64,000 bases of DNA, taken from positions 16,182,001 through 16,246,000 of the forward strand of contig NC_043002.1 in the NCBI RefSeq assembly GCF_006345805.1, read 5' to 3'. Numbering within the stretch: the first letter of the stretch is position 1; every line of letters starts with the position of its first letter. Below the pieces are notes generated by a model. The model saw nothing but the letters and a program-made list of their open reading frames with translations. It was not told where the DNA came from and made no database searches. Both the position numbers and the translations under genes were made by a program. Positions 12,601 to 25,102 of the stretch are shown in pieces. The stretch is from Octopus sinensis (taxonomy: Eukaryota).

Positions 12601-13560
12601 GCCTTAGATATTCTGAATGATAAATGGCAAGAAAAACCTCTCTATGGCAAATACCCAAAGAGAGCGAATAATGCAGATGTTGACAAAGCCCTGACCCGTC
12701 AATGGCTAATGGCCTCTGACTTAAAATCTGAAACAGGGGTTTATCGTAGCAGCTCAAGATCAATGCCTACCATCAACAAACTACCAGGCCAACATATTAA
12801 AGATCGGCAGTAGCCCAACATGTCGTGTATGTCAGCAACAGAAGGAAACCATTGATCATGTGATCTCCAAGTGCAGTCTTCTAGCGCCTACAGAGTATCT
12901 CAACAGGCATGATAGAGCTGCACAATATATTCACTGGGTAATCTGCAAAAACCTGGATTTGCCCCATGAAAAAAACTGGTGGGAACACAAACCACCCCCA
13001 GTGCTTGAAAATGACCACATCTCACTCCTCTGGAACTTCACCATTCAAACTGACAGAAAGATAGATGCAAATAGGCCAGACATCATACTGAAAGACTTCA
13101 AACAAAGAACATGCCTCCTCATTGATATGACTGTCCCAATCGATATAAACGTATGTCAAGACCTACCAAAAACTGACCAAATATAAAGATCTTGAAATAG
13201 AAATCAGCAAAATGTGGAACCTGAAGACTAAAACAATACCTGTTGTCGTAGGTGCCCTGGTAATGATAGCAAAAGGGGCTGATTGCTACATAACTCAGAT
13301 ACCAGGAAACCCGAAAATGGCAGAAATTCAAAAGATAGTGCTCATGGGAACTGCTCATATCCTACGCAAAATACTTTCTATGTAATCTCAAGGTTTAAAA
13401 CAAACATTTTTTTAGACATCCATTAGTACAACACAAAAAACAACCAAATATATGGCACACTAGGCATAAAAACAACGTGGACTTCCAACCTGTTGTCTCT
13501 TGAGGTCTCTGGGTGAGACTTGGAACCAACTTGTACAAATATAAAGCAAAAATCAAACAT
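9700..13560 (+). mobile_element. Near full-length R4/Dong-clade non-LTR retrotransposon (RT + restriction-like endonuclease)
   Basis: N-terminal KWTREDNKEV. RT motifs WVDYKKAFDS, GIFQGDSISPLLF, HLIYMDDLKL, YKYLG. CCHC knuckle CRVCQQQKETIDHVISKC. RLE motifs RHD, RPDII, LLIDMTVP. 3'UTR followed by (TAA)n. Confidence 0.92.
9734..13385 (+). pseudogene. Disrupted single ORF of the R4/Dong element (longest open piece 11476-12813, RT domain)
   Basis: Consecutive ORF-track fragments (9734, 9907, 10176, 10382, 10969, 11242, 11476, 12860) join via frameshifts and stops. Ends ...GTAHILRKILSM* at 13383-13385. Confidence 0.88.
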
Positions 13561-13573
13561 ATAATAATAATAA

Positions 13574-13648
<75 letters not shown>
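13561..13648. repeat. (TAA)n tract at the R4/Dong 3' junction
   Basis: Visible directly. Confidence 0.95.
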
Positions 13649-13649
<1 letters not shown>

Positions 13650-13724
13650 CAAACCATAACAGAAAAAGAGTACTCTAGAGTACTATTTATCAATACATAT
13701 TTTCCCGTTATTAATGTAGTTTAA

Positions 13725-13900
13725 GGCAACGAGTTTGCAGAATCGTTAACACGGGACAGAATTTCCTCCATCCTTACGTTCTGTGTACAAATTCAGCTGA
13801 GGTTTACTTAATCTTTTACCCATTTGGGACCTCTAAAAGAAGTACCAGTCTGGCACTATGGTTGATATAATCGACAGTCCTCCTCCAATAAATTTCCGAC
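13725..13900 (+). mobile_element. SINE family B, old diverged copy
   Basis: GGCAACGAGTTTGCAGAATCGTTAACAC head, TACGTTCTG, GATATAATCGAC. Confidence 0.6.
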
Positions 13901-14552
13901 TCTGCTTCTGTAGTATAATTTTAAAGTATAATGTGCGTTATACGTGTAGCCAGACGTCGGACTTAACACTTTGAATCACATACTTGAGTCTCTTGTTTAT
14001 GTCAATCCCCAAAAAACGTTGAATAAAGTTTGTATCTGATCTTTAGAGAAATATAAGCACATACAAACCGAAACTTGTTAACTAATGTTAAGGCAATGTA
14101 TATTATAAACGAAGTAGACATATGTAGTTTTGAATAGTTTTCACTAAAAAGATTATTGTATTGGGGTAGCTTGATAATGATTTTGTTACATATTTTCATA
14201 TATTGTCATCGGGCCAAACCTATTGTCAAATTGCGCAGCATTTTCATTTGTTTTGCGTTCTGAAGTTCATTGTACTACTTCGTTATAGAGAATGCTTGTT
14301 TCCGATGTTGCAGAAGAAGGTTTCGTTTACTTAATTCTCTATTTTAATTATGCTAGTTATTTGCCTTCCCTAAATTTCTCGTGTTTGTAGTAGCTTAATA
14401 TATAGTTAATTGCAATAATATTTCTACATTTTGTTGCGGATTTATGTCGTAGAATCCTAATTGAGACAGTTTATTGTAATCTCAATATCCATCTATATCA
14501 ATGATAATATTCGCCGCGAAATTATGTGTGAATTTGGAGTAGTCTCATTGTC

Positions 14553-14586
<34 letters not shown>

Positions 14587-15934
14587 GATAGTATTTAGGT
14601 GTTTTACACGTACGTAACATGGACATGATTTCCTATGAAAACTGCCATATATATAGCACTAGGAAAACATTTAGGTACATTTCTATGATTGCTGTAAAGT
14701 GCATGAATTTATTAAAATTCCATAGGCAGCATCGTGCTAGTTTTATTCTATTTGATTTTAACTATCGATTACAATATAATCACAATTTTTAACTAAATAA
14801 TATGTGGCATTTGTTAAAGAAAATATTTTGTTAGTTTTGTATTTAAGATAAATATAAGAATAATATTCGTTTTCCTCAATTAATGTGTTTACACTTAGAG
14901 GCTAGTCTGTCATTAGTGAGAACTTCAGTAAGTTTATGAAGTAAATTAATGCATGTCATTAGTGGTATACATAATTAGTTTTTGCAGTTGTTGCTTTTCG
15001 GCTTTCAATGTTATGATTACGCTTACTTTAAAGCGGAAGAGGCAGAAGTAATCAGTAACCACTAGCAGTTTTACTTATTCTGATGCAAGTTCTCTCTACG
15101 GGTCTCTTCTGTTATTTCAGCTGCTCTACTAAAAAAAGAGAGGATGTTTGATGGATTTTTTTTTCAATAGGATTCGCCCGGTGTTTGTGTGAATGACTAA
15201 TTAAAATAAGTCTTGGTGAAGTTCATTTCTCCAGAAAAAACGCTCATAATATATTAAATATATTTTGCAAAAAAAAAATAATAAAATTTATTTTAAGTTT
15301 CAGAATAATTGTTTATGCATTTTAGATGTGGTTACGGATATTTCAATCTATTTCTTAAAAGAGATACATTGCTACAACTTGAAGATGTGTTGTAGTTAGA
15401 TGAATTATTATTGGGTTGTCTCCATAACAACCACTCATATTATTCATACAAATATTTATTACAATTTTTACTTTAGTTTTATACTTGCTTGTGCATTTCA
15501 GTTAATATAGCATCTTTAAATTTCACCTATAATTGCTTCAAGTTGTTATTTAGTAACTGAAGCATAAGCAATAATAAACAGCCACTTGTGTACTTCAATT
15601 TATTATCTCTTGTTTTCGTTTTGGCAATCATTTTCTACATTTTATTTACTTCAGTTCCTGTATTTTACCTTTACTAATTAGCAGAGGTTATGGTTTCAAC
15701 TTTGCCACAAATGAAAACCAAGTAATATAGAGAAAATCGAATTAAAGCCACAGTTAATCTTCCTTTAAATCTCATATAATGTATTTTCATTTATGGAATA
15801 ATTAGAAATACCGTGAAAAGTCATTTGGATTTGGTTTTTCCCAGAAATACAAGAACGTCAGTAACTCATATTTATTCTATCATTCGCAGTTTCGTTTAAA
15901 AAGTTTGAGTTATGGTGAAATAATGGTACAGTTG

Positions 15935-16238
15935 TGGAGACGCAATGGCCCAGTGGTTAAGGCAGCGGACTCGCGGTCGGAGGATCGCGGTTTCGATTCC
16001 CAGACAAGGCGTTGTGTGTGTTTATTGAGCTAAAATACCTAAAGCTTCCACGAGGGTCCGGAAGGGTGTGGTGGTGACCACTGATGTACTTTTTCGCCCC
16101 AACTTCCTCTCACTCTTTCTTCTTGTTTCTTGAGTAACGCTGCGATCGACTGGTGTCCCGTCCAGCTGGGGGGAACACATATGCCATAGAAACCGGGAAA
16201 ACCGGGCACATGAGCCTGGGTAGGCTTGAAAAGGACGG
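15935..16238 (+). mobile_element. tRNA-derived SINE family C
   Basis: A-box TGGCCCAGTGG, B-box-like GTTTCGATTCC, tail GAAACCGGG...ATGAGCCTGG. Confidence 0.88.
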
Positions 16239-16514
16239 AAAAAATGGTACAATAAACTGAACATATATTTCTAACTGTGAAGCAGGAAAAATTTGCAAGA
16301 AAACAAGGTATCTAATGAGAGTAGATTCAGAATAAAGTGAACTAAAGGATCTTGTAGAGACTAAGCAGCAAATTCGAGCAAAACGAAATATTTCCAGTTT
16401 TGGCATCCACGATTTTCTGCCGGGTTTTCCTGCATAATACCAATAAAGAATTGCCCCTGCATAATCATTTCCCGTATTCATGTATATATTCAAATATTGA
16501 TTTCAGATTTAGCA

Positions 16515-16712
16515 AACAACTAGCAATTTCGGGGGATGGAGTATGTCGATTACTTCAACAACAGTGTTCATCTGGGACTTATTTTATCGACAATGAAATG
16601 ATTAAAGGGCAAAGCTGAAGCCGGTGGAATTTGAACACATAACATACATGTCAGAAATACCGCTAAGTACTTTTTTTTCCCCGGTGCGGTAATAATTCTG
16701 CCAGCTCATCAC
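16515..16712 (-). mobile_element. SINE family B, diverged
   Basis: Reverse complement begins GGTGATGAGCTGGCAGAATT and contains CAAATTCCACCG. Confidence 0.65.
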
Positions 16713-16791
16713 CAGTATGTTTTCAAATAATACAAATAGATAAATATTGAACATTTACAGATTGGAGCAACGCAAATCATCACTCAAGTGG

Positions 16792-17010
16792 CTCTTTTAC
16801 TCTTACTTGTTTCAGCCATTTGACTGTGACCATGATGGAGCACCGCCTTTAATCGAGCAAATCGAACCCAGGGATTATTCTATGTAAGCCTAGTACTTAT
16901 TCTTATTCTATCGGTCCCTTTTATCGAACCGCTAAGTTACGGGGACGTAAGCACACACGCATCGGTTGTCAAGTGATGTTGGGGTCACAAACACAAACAC
17001 ACAAACATAT

Positions 17011-17049
<39 letters not shown>

Positions 17050-17225
17050 TATAGATATATATGACGGGCTTCTTTCAGTTTCCGCCGACCAAATCCTATC
17101 ACAAGACTTTGGTCGGCCCGAGGCTATAATAGAAGACACTTGCCCAAGGTGCCACACTGTGGGACTGAACTCAGAACCATGTGGTTGGTAATCAAGCTCT
17201 TTACCACACAGCCACTGCTACGCCT
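16792..17225 (-). mobile_element. tRNA-derived SINE family A, full length with internal TA/TG microsatellite
   Basis: Head TGGCTGTGTGGTAA...GAGTTCAGTCCC, CORE-like ACCTTGGGCAAGTGTCTT, tail GGCGGTGCTCCATCATGG...GCTGAAACAAGTAAGAGT. Confidence 0.92.
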
Positions 17226-17942
17226 ATTTAAGTTCAAGTGGCTGAGTAATTTTTTTACATATACATTCGATATCAGATCACAAAACATACATATAAAGAT
17301 CTCTTAAGCTAGTGTTTTACTTTTTGTAATTTTTGAACAAAATAATTCAAAATGCTAAGTTGTAACGTATCGATATTATAGCATATTATCATTCGAATTT
17401 CTCTATTTTCAATAATCGGTAAATTCAAGTTCGCTATTCGCGTGTTCTGTCGGCGACTACGATCCATATTGGTGCATATGTACCAGTGCGTTTCTCTGTG
17501 TGTTTGGATATGTGTGCACATATACACGCGCATACTTACGTACATGCAGATAGGTAGATAGATATGTATAACTGTATGTGTTTATGTATGTATACATACA
17601 CATAGATTTGTATACGTACACACACACATACATATAAATATGTACAGATTGATAACTACATATATACATAGACAAATATATATATATATATTAGAAATAT
17701 TGAATTTCTAAATGTCTCAGAGAGACATAAGCGGTGGTAGGGTGATATAGTGGTCGTATACGGTGGGGTGATATAGTTGTCGTATACGGTCAACTCAATG
17801 TGACAGTCCCGTAAGGGAATTACACCACCGCCATTTAGCCCTAGGAAACGTCGATGTCTCCTGTCGGCATTGACACATTTTCGGTGTCGTTATATTTGCA
17901 AAGGGGAGGTAATTCCACACACGCACAAGCCGGGACAAGGCA

Positions 17943-17988
17943 CCTGAAGACATATGTTTCTGAGTCTATTGCTCGTCGTCAGTTCAGG
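17943..17988 (-). ncRNA. Minimal type I hammerhead ribozyme, intact core
   Basis: CCUGAA-CUGACGA-C-GAG-caauaga-CUC-A-GAAA-C-AUAU-G-UC|UUCAGG: 6-bp stem I, 3-bp stem II, palindromic stem III (ACAUAUGU), GUC site. Confidence 0.85.
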
Positions 17989-18089
17989 GTAGCCTGCCTC
18001 GCTCGCTGAGATGAATGCAACCTCTCTGCAAATATATCATATTATCAGTAAAATTTATTTACTGATCACCGAAATTAGAAATATTGAAT

Positions 18090-18236
18090 AGAGAGAGAGA
18101 CATACAGACGACTGAGAGAAGGGTAGGTAGATAGATCGATAGATAGATAGATAGATACATAGTTAGATGATAGATAGATATACGGACAGTTAGATAGATA
18201 GATAGATATAGATAGATAGATAGATAGATAGATAGT

Positions 18237-18271
<35 letters not shown>

Positions 18272-18563
18272 TTAGATACATAGATAGATGATAGATAGAT
18301 AGACGGACAGTTAGATAGATAGATAGACAGACAGACATACAGACAGACAGACAGACAGATATATAGATAGATAGATAGATAGATGGATAGATAGATAGAT
18401 AGAAAAGTAGATAGATATATAGATTGGTAGGTAGATAGATAAATAGATAGATAGATAGATAGATAGATAGAAAAGTAGATATATATATATATATATATAG
18501 ATACATAGATAGATAGATAGATAGATAGATAGAGAGATAGAGAGATAGATAGATAGATAGATG

Positions 18564-18606
<43 letters not shown>

Positions 18607-18607
18607 G

Positions 18608-18640
<33 letters not shown>

Positions 18641-18650
18641 TTAGGTAGAT
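18090..18650. repeat. (GATA)n/(GACA)n microsatellite
   Basis: Visible directly. Confidence 0.95.
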
Positions 18651-18949
18651 TGATTGATTGGTTGATTGGTTGATAGAGCTACCAATGACAATAAAGAGAG
18701 GAAGTTTGGATTAAAATAATTTGCGATAATGTATGAAGTCAATGACGGTTTGACAAGAAGTAAAATTAGGTAGACTTCTCGCTGTCTAAAGTTATTGATT
18801 TTCATGTCTGAAAGAAAATTTGAATGTATGTGTATTTGCAGGCGCGAACATGCGCGTGCCTTTATATATGTGTCTCAAGACAAATTGACAGGTAAATAGA
18901 CAGCATTATTGATATGTAGACCAGATGTTGATTAGAACTTTTAAGCCAG

Positions 18950-18953
18950 AACG

Positions 18954-18991
<38 letters not shown>

Positions 18992-19035
18992 TATATATAT
19001 ATAGATACATAGATAGATAGATATATATATATATA

Positions 19036-19081
<46 letters not shown>

Positions 19082-19170
19082 ATAGATAGATAGATAGATA
19101 TAGATAGATAGATAGATAGATAGATAGTAGATAGATAGATAGATAGATATATAGATAGATAGATAGATAG

Positions 19171-19262
<92 letters not shown>
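18950..19262. repeat. Compound (TA)n/(GA)n/(GATA)n microsatellite
   Basis: Visible directly. Confidence 0.95.
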
Positions 19263-20314
19263 TAGGTATGTATGTATGCATATAAAGAGATATTAATATT
19301 GAAATAGTGAATGGAAATTAGGAAACGCTATTGTCTGTGGTTCCCAATGACTGAAATTGCCATTTGTCAGTTTTGAAGCATTTAGACAAAAATAGTTTCC
19401 GTTCCATTGAACTTATTATTCCAGAAATGTAAGAGCGTTAAAAGAGTGTCTGCTAGGAGTACAATGCATTCGCTTCGGATAACACCTATCTGGCATTGGA
19501 GTTACAGTGAATATCTTTGGGGAATTCGCTTTTACAATTTCAGAAAAGTTCGCTGTTAAGATTTATAGAAATCCATTGCCGAACTGTAGAGAGAATACGC
19601 CTGCAGCTGAGAGAATGGTCAAGGTTGAAAGCTAATAATGAAATGAAATTATAAGTAATTGAAGACTCAAACATATCTTATTACATAGATATGATTACGC
19701 GTGTGTCTATAAACACAAATATATGTATGTATATTTATATATTTCGATATATATATGTGTGCATAAATTTGCAGGCACAAATATATATGTTTATCTATCT
19801 ATCTATCTATCTATCTATATATATATATATATATATATAATCTTTATTCTTTGGAACTTTGGAATATGTGCATATGTGTCTCTAGTTCCAATTTTGCGAG
19901 CACGAATTGTGGTCATCGTGAGGAGATCTTGCTGCTTAAAACAATGTTCCTTGCGACTTGTGTGTCAAATAGCCTCTTTAACCAGGTGGAACTCCTGGCT
20001 TTCTCGTGTGTTTGAACATACAAGCCCTGCCGAACTATCCTTACCGAGAGGAGAAGTGGCTTAAGCAAGTTCTGACACCTTCAACCGAGCGTATCAGGTA
20101 GACAGAAGTCGCCAACAGAGGAGGGAAATCCATGTAAGCATCTAAGAGAATGTAAGTAGCGGCTTTAAGTTCCCGCTGCCTTGCAGCTATATTCACTTAA
20201 GAGTAAGGCTTCGGGAGTAAGCCTCGTGGATAAATCCAGAGCGGGAGTTTCTTAGGCAATTCGATGCGATATCCAACCTATTTTTTCTTTCTGTTTTTTT
20301 TTTTTTTTTTTTGG

Positions 20315-22020
20315 TTCATAGGATTATGCTCAATGTGACTTCGTCAATCGCATGTGCTATCCTTGCTACATTCACACAGCTTTTTTGAAACATTCACTAG
20401 ACAAAACCTCCCTCTCTGCTCACACCTTCTTCTGCAAGTAAACTTCAAGTATCAGTTGATGAGAGATTGACCAGAGAGGAAGGTGTTTGCCTCTAGACAT
20501 TTCAGACGCGTCCACCATACACATTATTTCGCCATAGCCAAAAGTACGATGAAAATGGCTCTTCATACCCGTCTCAAGGAAGGAGGCGCGACTATATTCA
20601 CGATCGACTCGGTTGATAAACCGACTCGACCAACACGCGTCAGCGGTCGTTCAACATATGCCCACAGGTCGGAAATTGTTGGACACTGTACGAGTGCATG
20701 CAGAACGGTTTCCTCGCTCCACAGCAGCACGGGCAGGACGGCTCTATATTTCCCGAGCCGTGCCTGTAGAGATTATCCCGAACGGGTAGCCCTTCTCGAT
20801 AGCACTGCCAGACCAAGCATCTCTGGATGTTGTCCATAGGTCCCGGCACAAAAGTCGTCCTGAACAGGCGGGTGAGGTATTCCTCCTTAACGCCTAAATT
20901 CGTCCCGAGATCGTCGTCGTACTTCCCCTCGACTAATCTCCTATAGCATGCTTTGGTTGTGTCGAAGTCGCTCATGGTCGACCCGGGAGGGCATAGTTGC
21001 TTGAGAGCAACGCGACACTCCGGTGCCATTCGCCCTTCCTCGGCCTCATTTTGATCCACGACTGCAGTCCGGTCATTGAGACGTGTTGCGGGAAAGCGAG
21101 CCTCACAAACGGCGACCCCACATGTTCACCGTCCTCTACGTGGAGCCGGAGTTGTCGCAGTCTCAGCGCGTGTCTGCGCATCATCAACCAGAGCATGCCC
21201 AGCCCTCCTGTTCACGGGTATTGGCAGTAAATGGATCACCTGGCCATCGGAACGCATACTTTCTACAAGAAGGGGAAGAATATGCATTCTAGTTTGGCGA
21301 TGGTAGGGTTGAAACAAGGCAAGATAGTCAGGCGGTAGTAGATGACGGATGCGATGTACGTGTTCGGCACCTCCGCCCGACCTTTTAGGGACAGCATCCT
21401 CTCGGCCCATTGCCGGGCGTGAGTGAGCACCCTACTCGCTATCTCTTTCCAGTTCTTCACCGTTTAGAGATCCGCATCAAAGCAAACTTCTAGCGACTCG
21501 ACCGGACCGTCGGTCCAGCGTCGCACGACGGAGGAGCTGGTGGATGCCATCGATTTAGTTCTCCAGGTGCCGAGCCGCATCTCCATTGACTTTTCCTGGT
21601 TGATTTTCGCTACTGTTATCGCTTCGTAGTATTTTAGTGTTTCGCCGACCAGCTCGATGTGCTTCTGGCTAGACAGTATGACGGTGACGTCGTCCGCGTA
21701 TGCAGACACGCTCCTTCCACATTCCAATTCTCACGGGATGCCCCTCAGCATCGCCAGCTTCCGCAGTATTGGTTCAAGAGTCAACACGTATAGAAGCGAC
21801 GAGATGGGGCATACCTGAGGGACCGAACGTACAATTGTCGAAAGCTTCCAATAGATATCTATTTACGCGAATCACCGAACGGATGCCTCTGTATAAAGCG
21901 GCTATCCAGCCGCGAAAGACGGGACCGAAACCAGCTGCTATGATGACAGCCTCCAAGTATCGATGGTCTACTCTAACAAAAGCTGTCTATGTTGTAGCGC
22001 ATCAGATGAAGGTTTTCATA
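20315..22020 (-). mobile_element. Tx1/L1-clade LINE ORF2 3' half, 5'-truncated and disrupted
   Basis: AFVRVDHRYLEAV, VSAYADDVTV, AKINQEKS, LSLKGRAEV, CVWWTRLK, cysteine-rich C-terminus, with frameshifts. Confidence 0.88.
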
Positions 22021-22041
22021 GATAGATAGATACATACATAC

Positions 22042-22077
<36 letters not shown>

Positions 22078-22134
22078 CGAGAGAGAGCGAGAGAGAGAGA
22101 GAGAGATAGCTAGCTAGCTAGATAGATAGATAGG

Positions 22135-22215
<81 letters not shown>
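22021..22215. repeat. (GATA)n tract between two Tx1 pieces
   Basis: Visible directly. Confidence 0.95.
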
Positions 22216-22830
22216 GACTTTCTTTATTGGCCACGCTGGCCTGAACACAGAGGGAACAATACAACGTAGAGCATTTCTTTTCGAAAATGAAAAAGAAAAA
22301 CGAAAAAAAAGCAGAAAAAAAAGTAAAATTCCGATCAAGTGGGTCGGAGACAAAATTAGAGACAATCAAAAGGGATCTTGTATCACAGCAATTTAACCGA
22401 TCCTTCGGTCCAGCGTCCCACGATGGATACGCTGTTGGACGACATGGGCTTCCTAATCCAGGTGCCCAGCCGCAAGCCCACTGACTTTTCCTGGTTAATT
22501 TTTGCCTCTATTACCGCTTCGTATTCTTTTCGTGTCTCGCCGACCAGGTCAATGAGCTTGTGGCTAGACACTTTGACGGTGACATCGTCCGCGTATGCAG
22601 ACACCCTCCTTCTGCATCCCAGCTCTCTTGGGATGCCCCTCAGGGTCGCTAGCTTCTGCAGTAGTGGTTCAAGAGTCAATACATACAGAAGCGACGAGAG
22701 TGGGCATACTTAATGAACAGAACGCATGTTAAATGGTCTGGTTAAATTACTATTTACGCGAACTACCGAGCGGATGCCGCGATCCAACCGCGGAAGATGG
22801 GACCGAAACCAGCCGCTGTAAAGACAGTCT
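22216..22830 (-). mobile_element. Second Tx1-like piece: RT core fused to a 3'UTR with AATAAA
   Basis: MTLEPLLQKLATLRGIP...VSAYADDVTV...AKINQEKS. Minus-strand end ...GGCCAATAAAGAAAGTC followed by (ATCT)n. Confidence 0.85.
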
Positions 22831-22949
22831 AGATAGATAGATAGATAGATAGATACATACATACATCATACATACATACATACATACATACATACATACA
22901 TACATACCTACATACATACATACATACATACATACATCTACCAATTAAG

Positions 22950-23495
22950 TTTTGGGTTAAGATAAAGAAGGAATATAAAATATATAATGTTGTGAGAATT
23001 ATCGCAAATGGGGGAAATTTCCTACATCTAAATAAAAACAAGTATGAAAATACATATAAATATTGGAGGTTAGAAGTGATATGTAAAAGACAAACAGACA
23101 GATACAAGATTGTAAAGTCAGCTTTCTTCATAAATATAAAGAAATTATGTAAAAAGGAAGAAAGTAGAACATGGTAGATGCTTACAAATATATGCAACAG
23201 GAAGATGCATAAGAAGGTAAGATTTAACCGTGAACTATTGCCCGGTACCATTAATGGATTTGGAATGTTTAATCCTAAATCTAACGTTTCTAACGCGACA
23301 AGATGTGGACATTTTTAGACTGTACAAAATTTAGCAATAAAATGACAGCTAACATTCCACGTAGGCATTTAAAAGCCTCAGCTGTCAAACATCCATTTTA
23401 ATGTAGTCTTTTATTTTTTTGCTTTTTTAAAAACTTTTTTGTTTTTAATTCTTCTGATGAAAGAGTTCAGAAGGAAGCTACGTTGAGAATTAAGT
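22950..23495 (+). mobile_element. Probable decayed Penelope-like 3' end with decayed hammerhead at 23447-23491
   Basis: Weak peptide resemblance to the PLE C-terminus (WRLEVI...YKIVKSAFF). AAUUCUU-CUGAUGA-...-GAAG-C-UAC-G-UU|GAGAAUU retains stem I and the 5' core, but stem II and GAAA are broken. Confidence 0.4.
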
Positions 23496-23857
23496 TATAA
23501 TAAATTCATAGAAATAAAAGAAAGCAAGTCAATGAGCATCTCTTTTTCAGCATCACAACCGATGTGTACATATTATGCATATGCATATATGAACGAGTGG
23601 TTCCGTAGAAGAATGAGGTGTATAATAGAACAATAGTACACGAACTCACGTTTATATTTATGTCTGTCTGTCTGTATGTATGTATGTAAGTATAACGGAC
23701 AGAGTCAAGGACTATCGAAAAGTTTCCAAGACGCAGCGGAAACAATAGGAAAATAGGTAAGAGTGGAAACTTTACCGGTCAGTGTGTTAAATAATGAGGC
23801 ACGAAAAGAGAATGACTCGCCCCAGACACAAAGTTATATATATATATATATACATAT

Positions 23858-24627
23858 ATTATATATAAGGGCTTAGTAAAATAAATTACTCATTAGAAAT
23901 AGCAGCTAAAGAAATTTCTTCAGCTATTTCTAATACTTAAAGAAGATCTCTCTCAGATAGTGTTTGCCTAAACTAACTCACAAAAGTATGGGGGAAAAAA
24001 CATTAAAAAATCAAGTGCAAAGGTTATTTGAGAACGTACGTTTCTAGATTAGTCAATTCGACATTTCTTTCTTCAGCTCAGAATTCCTTGAATCGGATTT
24101 GGGAACACTTAAAGTCGGGAGCATACCCTTTCGGCTTCTAATCACCCATAGAATTCTGCTCGAACTAAAAGTGCTATCAAATTCGAATATGCAAGCGAAG
24201 AATTTCTGCTCTCCCCTTTCCACCAGCGTGGGTTAAAATTGACAAACACCATGTATTAACAGTGAAAACCGCAGAATTTAGCAAAGAGAGATGAATTATA
24301 ATTTCAACAATTGAGGGTAAAATTAATTAATTATTAATTAATTAATTATTAATCAGTTTCACCCATATGTTTTTTCCCCCATACTTTTGTGAGTTAGTTT
24401 AGGCAAACACTATCTGAGAGAGATCTTCTTTAAGTATTAGAAATAGCTGAAGAAATTTCTTTAGCTGCTATTTCTAATGAGTTCAGTATGTGGCAAAGTA
24501 ATTTATTTTACTAAGCCCTTATATATAATGTAATATTTTGAATTCGCCTATAATGGTCCCTTTACATACTGAACACTTGGTGAAACTGATTAATAATTAA
24601 TTAATTTTACCCTCAATTGTTGAAATA
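23858..24627. repeat. Nested inverted repeat of a microsatellite-flanked element (related copy at 62356-62550)
   Basis: 23858-24003 is the reverse complement of 24367-24529 apart from a 17-nt indel. About 24300-24363 is the reverse complement of ~24590-24627 with an internal duplication. Confidence 0.88.
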
Positions 24628-24675
24628 TATATATACATATATATATTTGTGTATGTGTGTGTGTCTGTATGTATA

Positions 24676-24711
<36 letters not shown>

Positions 24712-24715
<4 letters not shown>

Positions 24716-25051
24716 AGACGCGTGGCTCAGTGGTTAGAGCGTCGAGCTTACGATCGTGAGGTTGTGAGCTCGAATCCCGGACCGGGCTGCGTGTTGTGTT
24801 CTTGAGCAAGACACTTTATTTCACGTTGCTCCAGTTCACTCAGCTCTGGAAATGAGTTGCGACGTCACAGGTGCCAAGCTGTATCGGCCTTTGCCTTTCC
24901 CTTGGGCAACATCGGTGACGTGGAGAGGGGAGGCCGGTATGCAGGGGCGACAACTGGTCTTCCATAAAGCAACCTTGCCCAGACTTGTGCCTCAGAGGGT
25001 AACTCTCTAGGTACAAACCCATGGTCAGTGTCTGACCGAAGGGGGTCACCA

Positions 25052-25052
<1 letters not shown>
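24712..25052 (+). mobile_element. tRNA-derived CORE-like SINE
   Basis: A-box TGGCTCAGTGG, B-box GCTCGAATCC, GTGTTCTTGAGCAAGACACTTT (resembles the MIR CORE GTGACCTTGGGCAAGTCACTT), distinct 3' tail. Confidence 0.88.

Positions 25053-25102
<50 letters not shown>

Noticed and set aside
15935-16010. tRNA genes (also 24712, 41527)
   Set aside because: A and B boxes are present, but the heads run directly into SINE bodies and I could not fold a full cloverleaf.
19830-20200. Possible PLE endonuclease tail (HLVKEAI)
   Set aside because: A single short motif only.
24050-24090. CUGAAGA-AA-GAAA-U-GUC (similar at 4925 and 1489)
   Set aside because: There is no stem II and stem I is out of register, so it cannot be told from chance.
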